A stretch of DNA of 62,227 bases, the filler included, from Chiloscyllium plagiosum (lineage: Eukaryota): assembly GCF_004010195.1 (NCBI RefSeq). It is 3 parts of one record of this genome, joined end to end, with 100 filler letters (N's around TTAATTAATTAA, not from the genome) between each part and the next. Parts side by side here need not be neighbours in the genome. Positions count along the whole stretch, not along the records: positions 34,171 to 62,227 come from NC_057713.1; 2 more parts are not named here. One strand, 5' to 3'. The translations under genes were made by a program, and so were the position numbers. How positions within the stretch are numbered: position 1 is the first letter of the stretch; each line of letters begins with the position of its first letter. Under the pieces are notes generated by a model, which was given only the letters and a program-made list of their open reading frames with translations, did not search any database and had not been told where the DNA came from. Of the stretch, positions 52,530 to 62,227 are shown piece after piece.

Positions 52530-52850
52530 TGGGCAGCACGGTGGCTCAGTGGTTAGCACTGCTGCCTCGCAGGACCAGGGTCCTGGGTTCAATTCCCACC
52601 TGTCTGTGTGGAGTTTGCACATTCTCCCCGTGTCTGCGTGGGTTTCCTCTGGGTGCTCCGGCTTCCTCCCACAATCCACAGATGTGCAGGTTAGGTGAAT
52701 TGGCCATGCAAAATTCCCCACAATGTTAGGTGTGTTAGTCAGGGGTAAATATAGGGTAGGAGAATGGGTTTGGGTGGGTTTCTCTTTGGAGGGGCTGTGT
52801 GGACTTGTTGGGCGGAAGGGCCTGTTTCCACACTGTAGAGAATCTAATCT
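52530..52850 (+). mobile_element. HE1-like V-SINE
   Basis: Head, V core, tail. Confidence 0.85.
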
Positions 52851-53254
52851 CAAACACCCACCATGATCCCTGCTCAACCTCTCTGTCAGACTTGCTGCAG
52901 TGTTCCATCGAAGCTCAGCACAGGCTGGAAGAGCAGCACCTTGTTTTCCTCTAGCTTTCTGGATTCAGTATTGAGTTCAATAATTTTATGGTTTGAGGAC
53001 CTTCTCCCATCTCCTTACCTTAACCCCTGTACAGCAGACCTTGTCATAACATGGGCTGCTACCACAAACAATCATTGTCAACTACGAATAATTCCCATTC
53101 GCAGCTGTTGAATCTCCCAGGCTGACCATTACCCATTCCTTAGTCTGCCCAACTCTTTAATTTCTATAGGCTTAGTCTCCTCCAATCTTTTAGTCCCTCA
53201 CCCCAACTTCAGGATATGTACCAACCTTTTTCCGAGCTAAAATAAATTCTGAAA

Positions 53255-53854
53255 TGTTATGGACTGGCCAGACCCCCTCAAAACATTTCAAGAAGGTAAC
53301 CCAGATCCTAACTTTTCTAGTTTTAGCAGGTTTGAAGTAGATATTCCAGGGGTGATGCAGCTGGCCCAACCACTCTGTTTTAAGCAAAACAGGATTCACT
53401 TACACACGAGCTAAATAAAACCAAATTTAGAATAACATAACTATTTGAAAACCCAGTCAACACTCTTGCACCTTATGATGCTTTTCCAAATACTTACAGC
53501 ATCTCATACAACATCCCTTGGCAAAAGGTAAATTCAAACACAGCAGAGATGACAGAGAGAGGGAGGATCAGCATGGAACTGCTTCTATAAGTCCCTATAG
53601 CTTTTATGGGTTCCTAGCTAAAACTTAACCAGCAGCTGCATACAAAATCAGCTTGTTAAACCAAACCAAATTAAACCGTGAACTGGGAGAACTGGCCATT
53701 CCCCTTCCATTGTACAAATGTTTTTTCAAAAAAAAAACTTAAAAGCCTCTTCAAGTAGATAAACCCAGACATATTGGAACCTCTGCCTTTACGACCCCTC
53801 TGAAAGAAAAAGGCAAGGACAACATAACCATATTAAAGGAGCAGTATCGTCACA
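53255..53854. mobile_element. Solo LTR, 600 bp
   Basis: TGT...ACA termini with a perfect 4-bp TSD GAAA (53251-53254 / 53855-53858). Confidence 0.75.
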
Positions 53855-54319
53855 GAAAGAGTGTCACTGGATCCGAATGTTAACTGGACACGAGAGTCAA
53901 AGTGATTATGGTAGAGCAGAAGACCATTTACCCTGTTGTTTGTGTCAGCTATCAACTAGTCACCATAATCATTACGAAATCCAAATTATACTCTGGATTT
54001 AAACTTGGAAATTAAACCAGTTTTACATCTTTTGTATGTCAAATGTCACGACTTTAATGTGATGTTATGTTTTTAATATTTTAGTACTTGATTTTGTTTG
54101 TCGTGGTTAATGATTTTGTTCCCATTTTGTTCTTTCTGGATAATATACATGAATGACTGTTTAATACACCAAGCTTCAATAAAATTTCTTTTCTTGAACC
54201 TTTCGGCAAAACATCTGTTACAGCAGAACTGATCACTTCATATTTTCATATCACTTCTCTGTTCTTTTTAGTGGGACTGTATATCTTGGATGTTTTGTGT
54301 CTAGGCTCACTTTTATTTC

Positions 54320-55870
54320 GCCACCCCATCCAGTATCTGTCCACTGACACCCTCATCCGCCTGGCTGAACCGGTCCTCGCCATCAACAACTTCTCCTTCC
54401 AATCCTCCCACTTCCTCCAAACCAAAGGGGTAGCCATGGGCACCCGAATGGGCCCCAGCTACGCCTCCCTGTTTGTTGGATACATGGAACAGTCCATCTT
54501 CCGCAGTTACACCGGCACCACCCCCAACCTGTTCCTCTGCTACATTAATGACTGTATTGGCGCCGCCTTTGCTCCCACGAGGAGGTTGAACAGTTCATCA
54601 ACTTTACCAACAACTTCCACCCTGACCTCAAATTCACCTTGACAATCTCAGATACCTCCCTCCCCTTTCTCGACCTCTCCATCACCGTCTCTGGTGACCA
54701 ACTAACCACAGATATCTACTACAAGCCTACCGATTCCCACAGCTACCTACACTACACTATCTCCCACCCTACCTCCTGTAAAAATGCCATCTTTTATTCC
54801 CAATTCCTCAGTCTCCACCACATCTGTTCCTAGGATAACCAATTACACCTCAAAGTCCCAGATGGACTCCTTCCATGATCACAACTTCCCTTCCCACGTG
54901 GTCGACAATGCCCTCAAGCACATCTCCTCCACTTCATGCACCACTACCCTTGAACCCCACCCCTCCCAACGCAACAATGACAACTGCCCTGATCCTCACC
55001 TTCCACCCAACCAACCACCGTGTACATCGCATCATCCTCCACCACTTATGCCACCTGCAAACGCACCCCACTACCAGAGATATATTTGCCTCCCCACTCC
55101 TGTCAGCATTCCGAAGAGACCATTCCCTCAGCGACTGCTTAGTTAGGTTCACGCCCCCCACCAGCCCACACTCCACTCCTGGGACCTTTCCCTGCCACCG
55201 CAGGAAGTGCAAAACCTGTGCCCACACCACTCCCCTCACCTCCATCCAAGGCCCCAAGGGATCCTTCCACAACTGACAGAAATTTACCTATACCTCCACA
55301 AATGTCATCTACTGCATCAATGCACTCGGTGTGGTTCCCTCTACATCGGGGAGACAGGATGTCTTCTTGCAGATCGTTTCAGAGAACATCTCTGGGACAC
55401 CCGAACCACCAACCCCATCGCCCTGTGGCTGAATACATTAATTCCCCCTCCCATTCCATCAAGCTTATGCAGATTCTGCGTCACCTCCACCACCAAACCG
55501 TTACCATCTGATCTCTGGAGGAAGAAAGCCTCCTATTCCACCTTGGGACCCTGCAACCACAAAGGATAAATGTGGATTTCAACAGCTTCCTCATTTCCCC
55601 TGCCCCCACATTACCCCAATCTCAAGCCTCCAACTTGGCACTGCCCTCCAGACCTGTCCATCAATCCTCCCTCTGACCTAAGTCCTTCTCACTCAATTTA
55701 AACCACCTATCGCTTCCTCAGCTAGCTGCTCCACCCCCCTTCCCATTTATCTCTCAGCACCAGCCCCCAAGCCTCATTCCTGATGAAGTGCTTATGCCCA
55801 AAATGTCAATTCCCCTCCTCGGATGCTGCCTGACCTTCTGTGCTTTCCCAGCAACAAACTCTCAACTCAC
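54320..55870 (+). mobile_element. Penelope-like element (family A), RT + GIY-YIG + 3' end, 5'-truncated and frameshifted
   Basis: FLQTKGVAMGTRMGPSYASLFVGYME, FLCYINDC (YIDD-type), LPFLDLSI, YYKPTDSHSYL, CTRCGSLYIGETG. CTGATGA at 55780. Confidence 0.92.
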
Positions 55871-56584
55871 TTGTATTTCAGTAAATATAGTACAGTGTAT
55901 ACTTTTATCTCATTGATTTCAGCTAGGTATATAAGTATGAGATTGGAAATGCTCATGTATTGATGCACTGTGCCACTGTTATTTTCATCGTTAAATAATG
56001 TTTATATTCAGCATTTTCACTTTGTTTGTTTGAGTTGAAAGGATGGGTGGAGAATATTTCCCATTCCCTAGGAAAATCAAAATAAAATGAGGCTGTATTA
56101 AAGTACACATGGGATATGGGCATTATTGAACAAAGTTTTCATTTGTTGCCATTGAATTGAGTGACCTGCTGAGGCCACTTCAGATGGCAGTTAAGCATCA
56201 GCCCCGTTTCTATGGATCTGAAGTTGCAAGTAAACCAGGCCAGGTAAGGATGGCAATTTCTGTCCCTGGAAGACATTCATGAACCAGATGGGTTTTTACA
56301 ACTATTGCTGATCGTATGTGTTATCTGATTAGTCTTTCAATTCTAGCTTTTCTTTATTATTAATTGAATTTAAGTTCCATGATAGATTTGAACCCACGTC
56401 CCAGAGGTTTAACTTGGTGGCTGGGTTACTAGTCCTCTGAGATGATGAAGGATCTCTCTCAATATTGTAGATGCACTCACTGCAGTGGATACCATGAATA
56501 GTTCTATAGTTGGCGATAGATGCTGTGGGAAGTTAACAGGTTTTTTGGCATTGTTTTGAAATAAGACTTTATCTTGCATTGCAG

Positions 56585-56608
56585 AGTGAAATAGAAAGCC
56601 TTGACAGT
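56585..56608 (+). CDS. Candidate 24-nt microexon (SEIESLDS, phase 0 to 0)
   Basis: ctttatcttgcattgcag|AGTGAAATAGAAAGCCTTGACAGT|gtaagt. Frame-preserving, and the other two frames contain stops. Confidence 0.4.
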
Positions 56609-57789
56609 GTAAGTTCCATTGTTGTATTTCTGTAACATAAGCAGAAACTGGCAGAGTCAAACACTCCCTGTGTGAAATGTATTTATTTATTATTCATGCT
56701 ATGTGCTCTCATCATTGCAATTAACTTCAAAAGAGCACAATTGTGATACTTGACAAATTTTTTGCTAGCATAGACTGTAGGCTTGCAGTCACTTGCTGAT
56801 ATTATCGTGTTCTGATTGACAGTGTTATTTACATGAACAACTGCACTGCATTTTCCAGCTTAATGCTTTTTTAAATACAAAGTAAGGGGCAAGGGCAGGA
56901 TTAGAGTCTGCCACAGCTCATTTCTCTAAATTATTGAAAGTGAGGTGAATCTCTGTAATAAGGTCTCAAAATAAATACTAGAAGAAAATTTTTTTTTCAC
57001 TGCGAAAGATTAAGTGCAAAGTATACTACCATGAATGACTGTTAAAGTGGAGTCATTTGAAGCCATGAGTTGCGTCAGTAGTTAAGTGTGATTTGAATAA
57101 ATAATTCTGATCTTTGAGATAACCAAACTCTAAATGCTAAATAGTTGTTTTTGCAGCACAAAACACTAGTTCAGTTATTGCACTATTGAACTCATTTTCA
57201 CCTGACTGAATAGTGGAACAGTTGTATGGAATGCAAATCTTGAAGGAAATTTGTATATTTTTGTTTAGTTAGGACTAACTGATCTTGCAGTGTTATCGCA
57301 CGTAGAGCGCTAAGATCAGGCAATCAATTCATGTCAGAGGGTTAGAAATTGAGGGATGATTAGATCAAGAAAGACGGCGGAAGGGGTGTCTTTTATACCT
57401 AAAAATATTGCCACTGAGACATGTATCTTCAGTCAGCACTTGAGGATAAAATGGGAGAGAATTGGTCAGTCTGACCAGTCAAATCAAAGTGCCATTAAGG
57501 AGAGAGCATTAATGTTAAATGAGTAGATACACTTTCAAGGTTTGCATTTCACATGCATCAAACTTGCGCAAAAGCTGCTTAAATTAGCGGAATCATTTTT
57601 ATACTTTATTGGAAAGATATGAACACTATTTACAGGGCCAGTTTTTATTACATATTACTATGTCTTAGCAATGATGACAAGCTGTTACATGACACCAGGT
57701 TTATTTGAAATCACAGGCATTTGTTTGGTGTCGTGTGACTTCTGACTTTGTCCACCCCAGTCTAACAGTGACACCTCCACATCATGTCA

Positions 57790-60110
57790 TATAGGCCCAC
57801 CCACCCTGTTGGGAAGGGAGTTCAAAGATTTTGACCCATTGATAATGTAACAGTGCTGTGAATCCACGTGGATGATATGACTGGAAAGGAAGCATATCTG
57901 TTGTTGTCATGTGTCTATCCTGTTCTTCTAAGTTCTAGGTTAGGAAGGTGCTGAGATATATGGCTTTCGCTGTGCATCAATGGTGAAGGGAGTAAATATT
58001 GAAAATGATGGCTGGAGTGCCAACTAAGCAGACTGCTTTTCTAGCTATGGTATTGTGTGGCTGAAGTTCATAGTGGGGGATTTAGTGATACTATTGAACT
58101 TGATGGGGCAATGATAATCTTTTTAAACCTGCCACTTGTGTGGCCTGTATGTTATTTATCACTAATCAGACCATACCTTGATGTCTTGATTTTGCTGTAT
58201 ATGGACATTGACTGTTTCAGTGTCTGGAGTTGTTGGGAATAGTGCTGATTATTTTATCATCAGGCAACATTCCCACTTCTGAACTTTGAAAGATAGAAGG
58301 TCGTTGAGGGAGAAATTGAAGATGGTTCGGCCAGGATATTTATTTTCTAAATGGGGAGAAAATCCAGAAGTCTGAAATGCAAAGATACTAAAGTTTTAGT
58401 CCAGGATTCTCTTAAGGTAAACTTTGCAGGTTTTGTCAATATTTAGGAAGGCAAATGTAATGGTGGGGGCGGGGGGGGGAGATCTAATCAAAACTTACAG
58501 AATACTGAATGGCCTGGACAGACTTGATGTTGGGAAGATGCTTCCATTGGTAGGAGCCTAGGACCTGAGGGCAGAGCCTTAGAGTAAAAGGAAGACCTTT
58601 TAGAACAAGATAAGGAGAAACTTCTTCAGTCAGTGTGGTGAGTCTATGGAATTCATTGCCGCTAGACTGCGGAGGCCAGGTCACTCTGTATTTTTAAAAC
58701 TGATAGGTTCTTGATTGTCAAGAGGATCAAGGATTACTGGGAGAAAGCAAGAGTAAATGATTTTGAAACTGATCAGCCATTATTGAATGGTGGAGCAGAC
58801 TTAATGGGTTGAATGGCCTAATTTTTGCTCTTATGTCTCATGGTCTTATAATGTTATTCCTGAGAAATGCCTGCAGTGTTGTCCTGAGGCACAGATAAAT
58901 TATCTCCAGCAGCAATAATCTTCCTGTCTTCCAGGTGTGACTCCATGGAGAGTTTTTCCCCTAATTCCCATTGACACCAATGTTGATTGGTATTTTGATG
59001 CCATACATTAAATGCTGCCTTGATGTCAAGAGCAGTCACTTTTTCCTCACCTCAGGAATTCAGCTAATTTCTCAATCTTTGAACCGAGACTGTAATGAGA
59101 TCTGGAGTGAAGTAATCCCAGTATAGTCCAAACTGAGCAGCTGACAATTGAGAGTTGACTTGATATTGAGTGGTACGGGTTATTGGCTGGATTAGGTTCT
59201 TCCTGCTTTTTATGCAAAGTGACATACCTGGGCATTTTTCCACATAATGAGTAACTGCGCTGGAACAGCTTGGCCAAGGGCATGGATAGACTGAAGCATA
59301 TCTTGAGTACTGTTGCTGTAATGTTTTCAGGGCTTTTGCAATATCCATTGTCTTCAGTTGTTTCTTGTCATCAATTGGATTGAATCAAAGTAACTGCGGT
59401 TCTCGGGCGATTGCACTTTTGGCTTAAAAATGGATGCAAATACAAAAGATTTGTCATGCCTCACTGGAAAAATGTGCTGGAAATCAATCCCTGCTATTCC
59501 TTGAGTTATCACAAAAGTTAAATTATTTTACTAAAGTATGCAAAGTTCCCAATTTACCCATCTGATAGACTTTGGTAAATGGGAACATGTGGACAAGGTT
59601 AGATTCTAACCACTGTAAATACCGTGAATTGTTGCCATAGAAGTCTACTAGTTAAACCTCTAATCCCCTAATAAAACCCTCTACAAGCATGTAAACAGGC
59701 CAAATTAAAGTGATGTTACGGAAGGAGGGAAGAAATACTGGGGCAGTAGAACAATAGCTCAATTCAGGTGCTTTTCTTTATTCACTTTTGAAATGTGGGT
59801 ATCTCTGGAGCGCCAGCATTTGACTGTCCTGAGATATCCTTGAGAAGGTAGTGGTGAGCTGCTGCCTTGAACTGCAGCTGTTTTCCCACTGTTCCCTTAA
59901 CGGAGGGAATTTTAGGATTTTGACCAAGTGACAGTGAAGGAAGAGGGATATATTTCCAAGTCAGGATGGTGAGTGACTTGTAGTGGAACTTGCAGTTGGT
60001 GGTATTCCCATGTATCTGATGCCTTTGTCCTTCTAGATAAAAGTGTTTGTGAGTTTAGAAGGTGCTACCTTAAAAACTTTGGTGAATTTCTGCAGTATAC
60101 TGCAGTTCAG
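57790..60110. mobile_element. Nested old LINE fragments: CR1 family B (-) at 57790-58330, 58850-59400 and 59770-60110; CR1 3' end (+) at 58340-58850
   Basis: ALDIKAAF and PLAKLFQRSY motifs, plus CR1 tail sequence. Confidence 0.6.
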
Positions 60111-62050
60111 TTACTAGTGGTATACTGTAAAGATCTGTTTTGTGTTCACTGCTGTTTGTCATTGTTATGGTCTGGATGAGGGCATAGAAGGATGGGTTAG
60201 TAAATTTGTGGATGACACTAACGTCTGTAGAATTGTGGATAGTGCTGAAGGATGTTTTAGGTTGCAGAGGGAATAGATAAGCTGCAGAGCTGGGCTGAGA
60301 GGTGGCAAATGGAGTTTGGTCCCAAAACAGATCCTTGTGACTCATCACTAATAACCGAACTCCAGGCTGAATATCTTCCATCAACCACCTTACAGAAAGC
60401 CAGTTTCTAATCCAAGCTGCTAAATCACCCTCAGTTCCATGCCTCTGAATTTTCTCCAACAGCCTACTATGTGGAGCCTTACTGAAGTCCATGTACACCA
60501 CGTCAACTGCCCTACCTCATCCACATGTTTGGTCACTATCTCAGAAAATTCAGTGAGGTTTGTGAGACATGACTTGCCCTTGGCGAAACCATGTTGACTA
60601 TCTGCAATCAAATTGTTGCTTGCTAGATGATTATAAATCCTATCTGTCTTAATCCTTTCCAAAACTTTTCCTATAACAGACGTAAGGCTCACTGGTATAT
60701 GATTACTGGGTCATCTCTACTGCCCTTCTTGAACAAGGGCACAACATTTGCAATCCTCCAGTCCTCTGGTACTAAACCTGTAGACAATGAAAGATCAAAG
60801 CCAAAGGCTCTAACACCTCCCTAGCTTCCCAGAGAATCCTCTGATAAATCCCACCCGGCCCAGGGAACCTGTATATTTTCACTCCTTCTAGAATTGATAA
60901 CATTTCCTCCTTACTAATGTCTATCCTTTTAAGTCTAATATCTCATTCTTCTCCTCTACAATATTCTTCTTTTCCTGAGTGAAAACCGATGAGAAATATT
61001 CGTTTAGCACCTCTCTGATCTCCACAGGGTCCACACACAACTTCCTACTTCTGTCTTTGGCCCGATTCTTACCCCCTAGTCATCCTTTTATTCTTCACAT
61101 ACCTATAGAAAGCTTTAGGGTTCTCTTTTATTCTACCTGCTAAAGACAGTTCATGTTCTCTCTTTGCTCTTCCTAACTCTCTCTTTAAATCCTTCCTAGC
61201 TAATCTGTAACTCTCTATCGCTTCAACTGAACCATCTCGTCTCATTGTCACATAAGCCTCCTTCCGCTTAACTAGAGATGCAATTTCTGTACTAAAGCAC
61301 AGTTCCCTTACCTTGTCACTTCATCCCTGCCTGACAGGGACATATCTATCAAGGGTATGCAATATCTGTTCCTTAAACCAACTCCACATTTCGATTGTCC
61401 CCATCCTCTGCATTTTGCTACCCCATTTTATGCCTCCTAAGTCTTGTCTAATTGCATTATAATTGCCCTTCCCCCATCGATAACTCTTTCCATCGCTAAA
61501 CTAAACGTAACTGAATTATGGTCACTTTCTCCAAAGTGCTCACCTACCACTAAATCAAACACCTGGCCTGGTTCATTACCAAGCACCAGATCCAGTGTGG
61601 CCTCCCCTCTTGTCAGCCCTTTGACATAGTACTATGTCAGGAAACCCTCCTGCACACATTGGACAAAAACTGATCCATCAGAGTACTAGACTTTTAGCAA
61701 TTCCAGTCAATGTTGAGGAAGTTAAAGTTCCCCATAATGACCACCCTGTTCCTTTCACTTCTGCCCAGAATTGTTTTGCTGATCCTATCCTTCACATCGC
61801 TGGAGCTCTGCGGAGACCTCTCCTCTCCTGTTTCTTACCACAGCCCAATACTACCTCAGTAGATGAGTCCTTGTCAACATTTCTTTCAGCTACCGTTATA
61901 CTATCCTTGACTAACAAGGCCACACCTCCCCCTCTTTTACTGCCTTCCTGTTCTTAATTAATTATCTAAACCCTGGAACTTGCTACATCCATTCCTCGCC
62001 CTGCTCTTTCCATGTCTCCGAAATGGCCACAACATCGAAGTCCCAAGTAC
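60110..62050 (-). mobile_element. CR1 LINE ORF2 remnant (-) abutting an inverted RT fragment (+, 60110-60316)
   Basis: IKENPKAFYRYVKNKR, SQHGFAKGKSCLTNLTEF and YMDFSKA on -, KFVDDT...WAERWQMEF on +. Confidence 0.85.
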
Positions 62051-62059
62051 TTGATGATG

Positions 62060-62227
62060 ATGATGCCTAAGAGAAAGACAACGGAACGAGGACATGCCGC
62101 AACCCAAAGGACTAGCCACACTACCATACCTCAGGATTCTCTCAGAACTGACAGCCAGACTACTGCGACCGCTTACTGTCATAACAGCACACAAACCAAC
62201 AGCCACGCTCAGACAACAACTCACCAG
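62060..62227 (+). mobile_element. PLE fragment (Poseidon/Penelope-type linker region) running off the window
   Basis: Translates to GLATLPYLRILSELTARLLRPL..ITAHKPTATLRQQLT. Confidence 0.65.

Larger units (their letters stand above)
50725..53890 (+). mobile_element. Old, long PLE (family C) remnant with nested SINEs and a solo LTR
   Basis: IKPADK, QVKGVAMDTCTGPSY and NLIYCICCSQCSLLCIGEMKDRL motifs. Confidence 0.75.

Noticed and set aside
7265..52850. tRNA genes
   Set aside because: All A/B-box sequences are SINE heads, and I could not build a proper cloverleaf from any of them.
34052..62227. Selection against sense-strand intact ribozymes in the + gene introns (all + copies there are damaged)
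   Set aside because: The numbers are small and CpG decay explains the damage. Intact - copies exist at 9691, 19484 and 26153, where the putative - gene lies.
1..62227. CRISPR array, prokaryotic operon or endogenous viral ORF
   Set aside because: There are no regularly spaced repeat-spacer units and no long intact non-retroelement ORFs.

Overview
Vertebrate nuclear DNA, almost certainly from a shark or other elasmobranch, judged from HE1-like V-SINEs with CR1 tails and the CR1, Rex1 and Penelope landscape. Most of the window is decayed retroelements: two CR1-group LINE families, Rex1/Babar LINEs, Penelope-like elements (PLEs) of several families, V-SINEs, a second tRNA-derived SINE and two solo LTRs. 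There are four assembly gaps, two of them synthetic TTAATTAATTAA linkers. A CpG island at about 33.46-34.07 kb looks like a bidirectional promoter. On + it starts a gene I cannot name, with three phase-compatible short exons (MTSKSKAANSRSNSSASRK-ASLVQRMLQLARLFHL-SCASTLQVQLELSFPSEDCDT) and a candidate 24-nt microexon. On - there is a Kozak ATG and a candidate internal exon at 15.3-15.4 kb. The main signal not shown by the ORF track is about 20 minimal type-I hammerhead-ribozyme (HHR) motifs. They fall into four sequence families, lie at PLE ends, and often sit at the centre of short fold-back insertions flanked by 13-15 bp target-site duplications. All calls were made by eye without database searches, and repeat boundaries are approximate.
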